Positions 38,423 through 47,480 of a stretch of DNA of 64,000 bases are shown here, in pieces (position 1 is the stretch's first letter; every line of letters begins with the position of its first letter). The DNA is taken from assembly GCA_964581115.1 (NCBI GenBank), contig CAZOMY010000006.1, forward strand, positions 314 through 64,313, written 5' to 3'. This DNA is from an uncultured Ignavibacteriaceae bacterium (GTDB taxonomy: Bacteria; Bacteroidota; Ignavibacteria; UBA10030). The notes under the pieces were generated by a model. The model was not told the origin of the DNA, did no database searches, and saw nothing but the letters and a program-made list of their open reading frames with translations. A program made the translations under genes and the position numbers.

Positions 38423-40384
38423 ATGAATCTCCGTTCACACCTGACGCTGCTGGTTGTCTTGACGGCTGTGCTGACCGCCGCCGTGCTGGGCCAGCCGGTC
38501 CGGAAAGACGCCGTCTGGGCCCGAACGGTCCCGGCCGGTACGATCACGCTCGACGGCATGTTGAATGAAGCCGCGTGGGCGACGGCCGAGTCGGTCGAGG
38601 TCCGATGGGGCAACGTTCACACGGCGCACGAACCGGGCAGCGGCTATCGGGTCGAGCAAGGTACGTCGACCCCGACCGACCCGACGAATGCCATGATCAA
38701 GTTCCTCGTGTCGAGCGACAACAAGATGTACGTCGCCGTCTGGGCGAAGGACAGCTCGATCGGCGGCGGATTGTTCAACAAGTTCGACGGTCTCCTGATG
38801 AACATCCGCGACCGTTCAAAGCCGGACCGCCCCGTTCCGCCGTTTGAGTACTTCTATGGATGGGTGACGGAAGGATGGGCCGACCCGACGACGGGCAATG
38901 TCGGCGCCTCTCCCGGCTTCTTCGGATGGGCCGGCGGGAAGCGGACCGATTCGACCGGCGGAGTGAAAAACGCCGACATCTGGGATGCCGTCACCAAGGT
39001 CTACGGAGTCTCCAACAGCGACACGCTGGCCAACGGCACGCTGACGAGGGATACCGCGTGGGTCACGGAGCTGATGTTCAACCTCACCTTGCGCGGATAC
39101 GACGTCACGCAGCCGAGCGGAGACATCGTGATGTACAACATCTCCATCTACGACGCCGACTGGCAGTGGCCGCTCGACACGGTCAAGTTCGCGGGCAATC
39201 GTACCTGGCTCCAGGGTCCGTGGGGCAATGGCAACGGGCACAATCACCTCCGCATCTTCGCCCGTCCGACGGTCACGCCGACATCGGGCGCCGTACCGGC
39301 CGTGAACCCGGATTTCGTGATCCCGCAAGCAAGCGCCAATCCGACGATCGACGGCAACCTGAGCGACGCCGTCTGGTCGCAGTTCGGCTCGGAGCGTACG
39401 TTGAAGATCAAGTACGGCGATAACGCGCTGCGGAGTTCATACAAGTACACCATGCCCTATCGCAGCGGACAGTACCAGCCGTCCGTGTACGGCGCCAAGC
39501 CCGACGTGCTGGATCCTGCTGAAGCCGACGTCAAGATGTTCTTCAACGGCGACACGCTCTACATCGGAGTCGACGTGAAGGACAACGTCGTCCAATACCG
39601 GCCGGAGTTTGACCGTCAGGACGGCTTCCGGCTGATGATCAAGGACCGGACAAAGCGTGTCGACGGTGAGTACCACCTTGAAGGCTACGAGCTCTACGTT
39701 CGGGTCGATACGAGCGCGAAGGGCTATGCGCTCGACGGTTTTGCGGCGGTGCTCGACGCGGATACCTTCTCCACAACCGCGATGCGGGGAAGCAAGATCC
39801 GCCTGGCCCTGAAGTCCGGGACGACGGTCGATACGGTCGCCGCGACGAATGACAATGGCTACTCCATCGAGATGAAGATCAACCTGCGGGCGCTCGGGTA
39901 TGCCGCAGGCCGCGGCGACGGCATCGTCTATTTCGGCGCTCTGGTGAACGACGGCGATACCTTCGGCAACACCGGCATTCCGCCGTACGGCAATCGTGTC
40001 TGGTACGCGCAAGAAGGCTCCTGGCCTGATGGCCCCGCCTTTGCGTACATGAATCCCAGCGCCACGACGGATGTGGCGGAAGGAGGCACGGCCGTTCCGG
40101 GTGAATTCCGTCTCTACGGCTCGTACCCGAACCCGTTCAACCCTGAAGCAAAGATCGAATTCGCGATTCCAATGCGGTCGAACGTGAGGGTCAACGTGTA
40201 TGACCTGCTTGGACGCATGGTTGACAGTCAGACGCTGACGATGTTGTCGGCCGGGCGCCATGCCCATCTGTTCAACGGCGCTTCGTTGGCTTCGGGTGTC
40301 TACTTCTACCAGGTCCAGTTGCTCGACCTGACGACGAACAACGTCCTCGACATGAAGTCGGGACGGATGCTTCTCGTGAAGTGA
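38423..40384 (+). CDS. Secreted protein with N-terminal CBM9/DOMON-like carbohydrate-binding-like domain and type-A T9SS C-terminal sorting domain
   Basis: 653 aa. Signal peptide MNLRSHLTLLVVLTAVLTAAVLGQP. N-terminal TLDGMLNEAAWATAESVEV is CBM9-like. The C-terminal roughly 90 aa are a classic T9SS CTD (YPNPFNPEAKIEFAIP...VNVYDLLGRMV...GVYFYQVQL). No catalytic motif recognised. Confidence 0.55.
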   Translation: MNLRSHLTLLVVLTAVLTAAVLGQPVRKDAVWARTVPAGTITLDGMLNEAAWATAESVEVRWGNVHTAHEPGSGYRVEQGTSTPTDPTNAMIKFLVSSDNKMYVAVWAKDSSIGGGLFNKFDGLLMNIRDRSKPDRPVPPFEYFYGWVTEGWADPTTGNVGASPGFFGWAGGKRTDSTGGVKNADIWDAVTKVYGVSNSDTLANGTLTRDTAWVTELMFNLTLRGYDVTQPSGDIVMYNISIYDADWQWPLDTVKFAGNRTWLQGPWGNGNGHNHLRIFARPTVTPTSGAVPAVNPDFVIPQASANPTIDGNLSDAVWSQFGSERTLKIKYGDNALRSSYKYTMPYRSGQYQPSVYGAKPDVLDPAEADVKMFFNGDTLYIGVDVKDNVVQYRPEFDRQDGFRLMIKDRTKRVDGEYHLEGYELYVRVDTSAKGYALDGFAAVLDADTFSTTAMRGSKIRLALKSGTTVDTVAATNDNGYSIEMKINLRALGYAAGRGDGIVYFGALVNDGDTFGNTGIPPYGNRVWYAQEGSWPDGPAFAYMNPSATTDVAEGGTAVPGEFRLYGSYPNPFNPEAKIEFAIPMRSNVRVNVYDLLGRMVDSQTLTMLSAGRHAHLFNGASLASGVYFYQVQLLDLTTNNVLDMKSGRMLLVK

Positions 40385-40398
40385 TCGAAGGACCGGGA

Positions 40399-40424
40399 TC
40401 CCTCCCGGCCCCGGTCGGAGGGGG
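40399..40424 (+). terminator. Weak hairpin after the T9SS CBM-like gene
   Basis: CCCTCCCGG-CCCCGGTC-GGAGGGGG stem-loop 15 nt after the stop. No clear U-tract. Confidence 0.25.
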
Positions 40425-40490
40425 CGCCACCACGGCGCTCCCTCCAACGCCGGGGATGCCACGTACCACTCCTCTGCCTCGAGGTGCCTC

Positions 40491-43154
40491 ATGCTCACGG
40501 CTCGCCGACCGTGTCCCTCGCCATTCTTCCTGTCCGCCGTCGTGGCGGTCCTCTTCCTCGGTGCCCCCGCCGCACACGCAGAGACGCGCGGCAAGCTCAC
40601 CGGAACGATCACCGATGCCCGGACGCGAGAGCCGCTCATCGGCGTGAACATCGTGCTCGCCGGCACCGCCATGGGCGCGGCCACGGATCCCGATGGCGTC
40701 TTCCTGATCTTGAACGTGCCCGCCGGAACCTACGAAGTGCGCATCAGCAGCATCGGCTACAGCACCCGCGTGGTACGGGATGTCCGGATCAACGCCGGGC
40801 AGACGACCACGCTGAACGAGGCCCTGACGGAAGAGGTGGTGCAGGGACAGGAAGTGATCGTCGTCGCGACGCGCCCCGTCGTGGACACGCGCCAGACGAG
40901 CGCGGTGAGCATTCTCGACCGGAAGGATATCAGTGCGCTTCCCGTTCAGGAGCTCAACGATATTGTCAACCTGCAGGCCGGCGTCGTCGACGGGCACTTC
41001 CGCGGCGGTCGGGTGGGCGAGGTGCAGTATCAGGTGGACGGCGTTTCGATCAACAACCCCTATGACAACTCCGCCAGCATTCGCATCGATAAATCCATCC
41101 TGCAGGAAGTGCAGGTCGTGAGCGGCACCTTCGACGCTGAATACGGCCAGGCCATGAGCGGCGTCGTGAATGCGGTACTCCGCAGCGGCTCCACCGACCG
41201 CTTTGAGTACAGCGTGGAAATGTTCGGAGGCGACTATACGGGGAGCGTCTCACGCTTTCCCCATATCGACCGGATCAGTCCCGCGGCCATCCAAAGCTAC
41301 CAGTTCAGCCTCAGCGGCCCGACGCCGCTTCCTTCGACGACGTTCCTGCTCAGTGTGCGACGCTACACCGATGACGGATACCTCTACGGTCAACGCCGGT
41401 TCTCGCCGTTCGATACCTCACGGCCCGGGGAAGGGGCGTTCTATCCGACCGGCGACAACGCCCTCGTGCCGATGAGCTTCTTCCGCGAATGGTCGGGTCA
41501 GGCGAAGATCGCCACGAGGATCTCGGGCGACATGCAGCTCAGCTATCAAGCGGTCTTCAACCGGAGCGAGCGCGGGTCCTACAGCTACGGCTGGCGTCTC
41601 AATCCCGACGGCCTCAAACAGCCCCGCAGCCTCGCGCTGGTCCATGGGCTTGACTGGACGCACACTCTTTCGCAAACGATGTTCTACACCTTCAGCCTGA
41701 GGCAGAACTACTTCGACTACAAGGATGTCAAGTACGATGACATCAACGATCCACGCTACTACACCGCCAAAGGTCCCGTCTCCGATGCCAACTATGAGTA
41801 CGGCGCCGTCATCCAGGGCGTTGATCTCGGCAGGTTCATGCAGCGGACGGATTCGTACGTTGCCAAGGGAAGCCTCACCTGGCAGGCTACTCGTATCCAT
41901 CTCCTGAAGGCGGGCTTTGAAGCGCAGGGAGCCGCCATTCAGTTCGGTCCTCCGGGGATCCTCATCGCCAGCACGAATGCGCAGGGCGTGCAGGTGATCA
42001 CGCCGTTCGTCAACCATCCCGAGCAGCCTCGCATTGTGTCGAACCATCCCCTGTGGTTCTCGTCGTTCGTCCAGGACAAGATGGAGTTCACCGACTTACT
42101 TGTGCGCGCCGGCGCCCGGCTTGAATTGTTCCATGCCCGGACGACCATCCCCGGCGATCTTGCGAATCCCGCGAACGCCATCCCCGGCGCTCCGGTCAAG
42201 GTGCCCGTCGGCACAACCATCAAGGCGTCGTTGGCGCCGCGACTCGGGATCTCCTATCCCATCACCGATCTGGCATCCGTGTTCTTCTCGTACGGCCACT
42301 TCTATCAGTATCCCGCGCTGAGCAATCTGTTCGCGAACAACGACTATTCCGTCCTGCGGAATCTGCAGGCGGGCGGCATCAGCTATGGGGTCATGGGCAA
42401 TCCCGACCTCCGTCCCGAACGGACCACGCAATACGAATTCGGATACAAAGGGGCGCTGACCGAGGCCTTCGGACTCGACGTGAGCGTCTACTACAAAGAT
42501 ATCAGGGACCTGTTGGGCGTCGAGTTCGTTTCGACTTACACAGCGGCCGAATACGCGCGGTTCACGAACGTTGATTTCGGGAACGTGGCCGGAGCAACGC
42601 TGGCGCTTGACTATCGGGCCGGCATCCTGAGCGCTTCGCTGGACTACACGTTTCAGACGGCCCTCGGAAACTCGTCCGATCCGCGCGAGACGGCGACTCG
42701 CGCGGCCGCCGGAGAGGACCCGCGGCCGCGTGTGGTGCCGCTGGGTTGGGATCAGCGCCACACGCTCAACGCCGTCCTCGGCCTGAGCGAAGCGGGAAGC
42801 TATTCCGCCACCGTCATCGCCCGTTTCCAGAGCGGCCAGCCCTATACGCCCGTTCTAACGGCCGGGTTCGGCGGAGACATTGAGACGAATTCAGGCAAGA
42901 AATCGGCGTCGGTGATCGTTGACATGCGCACGGAGAAACAGCTTGACCTCTTCGGAGTGCGCTTGACCGTTTTCAGCCGAATCCAGAATCTGTTCGGCGC
43001 CACCTTTTCGAACGGGTTCATCTTTGCCAGCACCGGGTCGCCCGACTACAGCCTCGTTCCCGCGGTCGATCGCAACACCCTGGCCGACCCCAGCCGCTTC
43101 TACGCTCCCCGGCGGATCGAGATCGGTCTTTCCTTCGGCGGTTCTTCGGAGTGA
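40491..43154 (+). CDS. TonB-dependent outer-membrane receptor with N-terminal carboxypeptidase-regulatory-like (CarbopepD_reg) domain; no SusD partner
   Basis: 887 aa. Signal peptide. GKLTGTITDARTREPLIGVNIVL and VPAGTYEVRISSIGY form the CarbopepD_reg domain. Plug domain (DRKDISALPVQELNDIVNLQAGV). 22-strand barrel with a C-terminal aromatic-rich end. The next gene starts 4 nt later. Confidence 0.85.
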   Translation: MLTARRPCPSPFFLSAVVAVLFLGAPAAHAETRGKLTGTITDARTREPLIGVNIVLAGTAMGAATDPDGVFLILNVPAGTYEVRISSIGYSTRVVRDVRINAGQTTTLNEALTEEVVQGQEVIVVATRPVVDTRQTSAVSILDRKDISALPVQELNDIVNLQAGVVDGHFRGGRVGEVQYQVDGVSINNPYDNSASIRIDKSILQEVQVVSGTFDAEYGQAMSGVVNAVLRSGSTDRFEYSVEMFGGDYTGSVSRFPHIDRISPAAIQSYQFSLSGPTPLPSTTFLLSVRRYTDDGYLYGQRRFSPFDTSRPGEGAFYPTGDNALVPMSFFREWSGQAKIATRISGDMQLSYQAVFNRSERGSYSYGWRLNPDGLKQPRSLALVHGLDWTHTLSQTMFYTFSLRQNYFDYKDVKYDDINDPRYYTAKGPVSDANYEYGAVIQGVDLGRFMQRTDSYVAKGSLTWQATRIHLLKAGFEAQGAAIQFGPPGILIASTNAQGVQVITPFVNHPEQPRIVSNHPLWFSSFVQDKMEFTDLLVRAGARLELFHARTTIPGDLANPANAIPGAPVKVPVGTTIKASLAPRLGISYPITDLASVFFSYGHFYQYPALSNLFANNDYSVLRNLQAGGISYGVMGNPDLRPERTTQYEFGYKGALTEAFGLDVSVYYKDIRDLLGVEFVSTYTAAEYARFTNVDFGNVAGATLALDYRAGILSASLDYTFQTALGNSSDPRETATRAAAGEDPRPRVVPLGWDQRHTLNAVLGLSEAGSYSATVIARFQSGQPYTPVLTAGFGGDIETNSGKKSASVIVDMRTEKQLDLFGVRLTVFSRIQNLFGATFSNGFIFASTGSPDYSLVPAVDRNTLADPSRFYAPRRIEIGLSFGGSSE

Positions 43155-43158
43155 CGCT

Positions 43159-46100
43159 ATGAGAACAACACCCCTTGCTCCCTTGTTGTTTGCGTCGCTG
43201 CTGGCCGGTATCCCGGCGGTTGCGCAGTATCGTCCTGTTGTTCCCAAGAGCCTCAGGGGCAATCTTCAGGCGGAACGACTGGGTGTGCACGATGCCAACA
43301 ATATCCGCACATACTTCTACAACTATGGGATGGTCGGCGACTATCCTCCTGATCCGATCGGAGTGGACCTCAGCGTCTTCCACTCGATGGAGGTTCCCAA
43401 GGGGAGCGGACTGAACTACTCCGACGGGGCCACGCCGTATGTGCTGGCGCGTGTTCCGCTCAATGGCGGCGCCGGACAGAAAGAGCTCATGCTGACCGGC
43501 TACCGTGAACGGCAGGCCTCGGAGCCCTTTGGGCGGTGGGTCATGCGTCTGGAGCCACGACCGGGCTACTTCCAGGAAGACCCCACCATCAATCGCGGTC
43601 GGTCTCCGGCGCTCAGCAACGACGCCCGAACGTGGCCCGACCAGTGGCCCGATCGACTTGCCGATCCCGACGATCCGGGATGGTCCGGGTCGTGGAACGG
43701 CTACTTCGGCAAGCGCGCGGCAGCCGATCAAGAGAGCTTCTTCGTCGTCGACGACGATTACTACACAGCGCTCGATTTCTTTCCCGACAGTCGCGATAAC
43801 ACGCGCCGGGGTCTGGGAATGATGATGGAGGTCCGCGGCTTTCAGTGGGCCAACCCCCAGGCGGGCAATGTTGTCTTCTACCACTACGATGTCGTGAACG
43901 AAGGAACCACCGATTACAACGACAACCTCCTGTTCGGCATCTACATGGATTCCGGAGTCGGAGGGTCGTCCATCTCGTGCGACGGTATCGCCGAATCCGA
44001 CGACGATAACGCGTTCTTCGATCGGTCGCTCGGCTTGAACCTGACGTACACCTGGGATTCCAGGGGCCATGGCGTCGGCTTGTCGAGCACCTGCCTGCGC
44101 ACGGGGTATCTGGGATACGCCTACCTTGAGACGCCCGGCAATCCCTTCGACCTCCGCGACAACGACCTCGACGGTATCACCGATGAGAAGCGCGACGGGG
44201 GGCCCGGCACGCTCATCCAGGGCATGTCGAACATCCGCGCCCACGCCCAGGCCAACTATGACTTTGCCGAATTCGAAGCCTACGGCGGCACACTCGAGAA
44301 TCGTCCCGCCTACAACACGGAGTATTGGTGGACCGGCGACGAGGATATGGATTGGGTCGCGGAGTTCGATGATACGGGCGGCGATGGAGTGTTCGGCACC
44401 AATGACACCGGAGAGGAGGACGGCATCCCGACCGCTGGGGAGGCGAATTTCGATCAGAAAGACATTGAGGAATCTGACCAGATCGGCCTGACCGGATTCA
44501 AGATGAATCGCATCCGAGCCGGTGAAGGAAGCCCGACGACGGAGACCGACGGCATCATCTTCTTCGATGATGGCGTCAAGAACTGGCCCAAGCGGCTCTA
44601 CGACCAATTCACCGACCCGACGGAGAGCAATCGATTCGACCCGCCGCTGGCGCTCAATTACAATATCGGCTTCCTGTTCACCTCGGGGACCTTCCGCCTG
44701 CCGGCGGGGAAACAGGAGCGATTCAGTCTGGCCTTGGCCTATGGCGTTGGATTGGCCGAGCTCCGAACGACCGTCCGGATCGTTCAGCGCATCTACACGT
44801 CGAACTACCAGTTCGTCGTCCCTCCCAAACTGCCTGTGCTCACGGCCGAGTCCGGGGACCGACTCGTCAAGTTGACATGGAGCGACGTTTCCGAGCGAAG
44901 CGCCGACCCGGTCACCCGGAAAATGGACTTCGAAGGATACCGGGTCTATCGCGCCACGGACCCGATCTTCATGGACACGAAGACGATCTCGAACGCCCGC
45001 GGGACCGACAGGATGCCGTTCGGATCCCCTCTCATTCAATTCGACCTGAAGAATGAACACGAGGGATACTCTTCGATCACCGTCGACGGGGTGGCGTATT
45101 ACCTCGGCGCGAACACCGGCGTGCCGCACACCTTCATCGACACGACGGTGACGAACGGCGTAACCTACTACTATGCGGTCTGTGCGTATGACCACGGAGA
45201 TGAGGAGCTGGGCTACTACCCGTCGGAGAACGCGATCAACATCTCCCGGACGCCTCGCGGCGGCACGATCCTTCCCCAGAACGTCGTGGAGGTCCGTCCG
45301 AATCCGCGGGCGCTTGGCTTCTCTGCCGGTTCGACGACGGATGTTGCACGTGTTGCCGGCTCGGGCGAAGGGACGGTCGCGGTACGGGTGGTCAACTCGA
45401 ACGATGTCCCTGACGGGCGGCGACTGCAGATCCGGATGCTGACTTCGGCGCCGGAGAACATCCATGCAGACTACTACCAGATGGTCGACAGCATATCGGG
45501 TACGGTCTATATCGAGCGCGGCACCGACTTTGCCGCAACGGGCAACGGTCCCGTGGGAGCGGGCATCTTGCCCCTGGTGAGCACGATCGATACGCCCACG
45601 CCTGATTCGGCGCGTTCCGGCTTCTCCCCGGGCGCTCAAACGAACGTGCGGCTGACCTTCGCCTACATGCCGGTGCTCCCGGTCAATCGACGCCGGGCGG
45701 GTTACCCGAACGACCTTCGATTCGAGTTCTCCAGTGCCGTTGTGGACACCTCGATACCGCTCAGCTTCATTCTGCCGGCCCGGCCGATCAAGTTCCGTGT
45801 CTGGGCGTTGACCCCCGGCGGTTCGCTGCCGTTGAAGGTGGTGTTCCGCGACGGCTCGGGGAGCGCCGACAGCACGTTGAGCTCCCCGAATGATATCTGT
45901 TATGTCGCCACGCCGAACCCGACGGGTGATTCGCTCATGGCAACCTGGAATGTGAAGGTCGATACGGCCGGAGTCCCCGGCTCGATCGTACCCCCGCAAC
46001 CCGGCGATGTCTACAACCTCCTGCTGAGAATGCCGTTTGTCGACGGGGAGGTCTTCTCCTTCTCGACCTCGGGTCAGCGGATCGATCACCAGAGAGCGGC

Positions 46101-46422
46101 CTCAGAAGGGGCCTTCGAACCTTACGTCGTGCCGAATCCTTACGTCGCGGCAGCGATCTTTGAGCCGGAACGGTTCGCCGTCTCCGGCCGCGGGGTTCGG
46201 CGGCTCGAATTCCGCGGTCTGCCCTCGACGTGCACGATCCGCATCTACACTATACGCGGGGAGCTTGTCGAAACGCTGCGGCACGAGGACTCCCTTGACG
46301 GATACGTCGCCTGGAACCTTCGGACGAAGGACAACCTGGATGTGGCGCCGGGGCTCTACCTGTACCACGTCGATGCCGGACCGTTGGGGACGAAGGTCGG
46401 CAAGTTCTCCATCATCAAATAA
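43159..46422 (+). CDS. Large secreted cell-surface protein (FN3-like domain) with type-A T9SS C-terminal sorting domain
   Basis: ORF 43024-46422; ATG at 43159 gives the signal peptide MRTTPLAPLLFASLLAGIPAVAQ. Acidic D-rich calcium-binding-like stretches (DNDLDGITDEKRDGG, DDTGGDGVFGTNDTGEEDG). FN3-like region KLTWSDVSERS...YRVYRATD. The C-terminal roughly 90 aa are a T9SS CTD (VPNPY...IRIYTIRGELV...PGLYLYHV...KFSIIK). Confidence 0.6.
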   Translation: MRTTPLAPLLFASLLAGIPAVAQYRPVVPKSLRGNLQAERLGVHDANNIRTYFYNYGMVGDYPPDPIGVDLSVFHSMEVPKGSGLNYSDGATPYVLARVPLNGGAGQKELMLTGYRERQASEPFGRWVMRLEPRPGYFQEDPTINRGRSPALSNDARTWPDQWPDRLADPDDPGWSGSWNGYFGKRAAADQESFFVVDDDYYTALDFFPDSRDNTRRGLGMMMEVRGFQWANPQAGNVVFYHYDVVNEGTTDYNDNLLFGIYMDSGVGGSSISCDGIAESDDDNAFFDRSLGLNLTYTWDSRGHGVGLSSTCLRTGYLGYAYLETPGNPFDLRDNDLDGITDEKRDGGPGTLIQGMSNIRAHAQANYDFAEFEAYGGTLENRPAYNTEYWWTGDEDMDWVAEFDDTGGDGVFGTNDTGEEDGIPTAGEANFDQKDIEESDQIGLTGFKMNRIRAGEGSPTTETDGIIFFDDGVKNWPKRLYDQFTDPTESNRFDPPLALNYNIGFLFTSGTFRLPAGKQERFSLALAYGVGLAELRTTVRIVQRIYTSNYQFVVPPKLPVLTAESGDRLVKLTWSDVSERSADPVTRKMDFEGYRVYRATDPIFMDTKTISNARGTDRMPFGSPLIQFDLKNEHEGYSSITVDGVAYYLGANTGVPHTFIDTTVTNGVTYYYAVCAYDHGDEELGYYPSENAINISRTPRGGTILPQNVVEVRPNPRALGFSAGSTTDVARVAGSGEGTVAVRVVNSNDVPDGRRLQIRMLTSAPENIHADYYQMVDSISGTVYIERGTDFAATGNGPVGAGILPLVSTIDTPTPDSARSGFSPGAQTNVRLTFAYMPVLPVNRRRAGYPNDLRFEFSSAVVDTSIPLSFILPARPIKFRVWALTPGGSLPLKVVFRDGSGSADSTLSSPNDICYVATPNPTGDSLMATWNVKVDTAGVPGSIVPPQPGDVYNLLLRMPFVDGEVFSFSTSGQRIDHQRAASEGAFEPYVVPNPYVAAAIFEPERFAVSGRGVRRLEFRGLPSTCTIRIYTIRGELVETLRHEDSLDGYVAWNLRTKDNLDVAPGLYLYHVDAGPLGTKVGKFSIIK

Positions 46423-46437
46423 GCGGGGAGGACCACC

Positions 46438-47448
46438 ATGCGATCACATCGACCCTTCGTGATGGTGTCCATGACGCTGTTCGCCATGAGCGTCGCCGCG
46501 GCGCAGACGAACGTTGCGACGACGATCGGCCAGTTCCTGTTGATCGAGCCGAGCGCACGCATCAGCGCCATGGGCAATGCCGGTTCGACGTTCACGGACG
46601 AACCGATGGCGGCGTATTACAATCCGGCCTCGCTCGGGAATCTGCCGACGGCTTCCGCTCAGTTCACGCACGCACCGTGGCTGGGAGGCATCACGTACAA
46701 CTATGCGCTGGCGACGGTGCCGATGGGGACCTCGGCGCTGATGCTGAGCGTGACGTCGCTGCGCTCAGGCGACATCGCCGTGCGAACGGTCCAACAACCC
46801 CTTGGAACCGGCGAGTACTATACCGTCTCGAACATCTCGTTCGGCCTTGGATATGGGCTCCGGGTGACCGATCGGATTGCCGCCGGCGTTCAGGTGTCGT
46901 ATCTTCAGGAAACGATCTGGCACAGCAGCGTAAGCGCCATGGCCGTCAATCTCGGTACTCAGTACCGATTGACGGACGGCGGGGTGACCATCGGAGCCAG
47001 CCTCTCGAACTTCGGCACGCGCGACCAGTACCGTGGGAGAGACCTCCGGGTCCGATACGACCTTGACCCGGAGACGTACGGCGGGAACAGCGCTTTGCCG
47101 GCGGAGCTCTACACCGACCCTTACGGATTGCCGATCCTGTTCCGCGTCGGTCTGTCGCTTCCTGTTTCCGTGGCCGAGGATCACCGGCTGTTGTTCGTTC
47201 TTGACGCGCAGCATCCCAACAACAACACCGAAAGCATCAGCTTCGGCGGCGAGTACACGTACGCCGGCCTGTTTGCCGTTCGAGCCGGCTACCAGAATCT
47301 TTTCGAGCAGGATTCGGAGGTCGGCCTGACGGCCGGCGCCGGCCTGCTGGTCGAAGCGCTCGGCAGCGACCTGAGAATGGACTACGCTTGGACGGAGTTC
47401 GGCCGTCTCGGACACGTCCAACGCATCACGATCGGCTTCTCGTTCTGA
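46438..47448 (+). CDS. PorV/PorQ-family (UPF0164-like) outer-membrane beta-barrel protein
   Basis: 336 aa. Signal peptide. The N-terminal ARISAMGNAGSTFTDEPMAAYYNPASL matches the PorV/PorQ signature (ARA.GMGGAF.A.ADDA.A.YWNPAGL). Alternating beta-strand pattern. C-terminal ITIGFSF is a beta-barrel signal ending in Phe. Confidence 0.5.
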   Translation: MRSHRPFVMVSMTLFAMSVAAAQTNVATTIGQFLLIEPSARISAMGNAGSTFTDEPMAAYYNPASLGNLPTASAQFTHAPWLGGITYNYALATVPMGTSALMLSVTSLRSGDIAVRTVQQPLGTGEYYTVSNISFGLGYGLRVTDRIAAGVQVSYLQETIWHSSVSAMAVNLGTQYRLTDGGVTIGASLSNFGTRDQYRGRDLRVRYDLDPETYGGNSALPAELYTDPYGLPILFRVGLSLPVSVAEDHRLLFVLDAQHPNNNTESISFGGEYTYAGLFAVRAGYQNLFEQDSEVGLTAGAGLLVEALGSDLRMDYAWTEFGRLGHVQRITIGFSF

Positions 47449-47480
47449 CCGGTGCAGCCGGTCGCACACTACCGCAGACC

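Noticed and set aside
43018-46089. 1023-aa ORF on the minus strand
   Set aside because: It is antisense to the 1132-aa T9SS cargo gene. The plus-strand gene has a signal peptide, FN3-like region and T9SS CTD, while the minus-strand translation is Arg/Gly-rich with no motifs. A GC-skewed third-position artefact.
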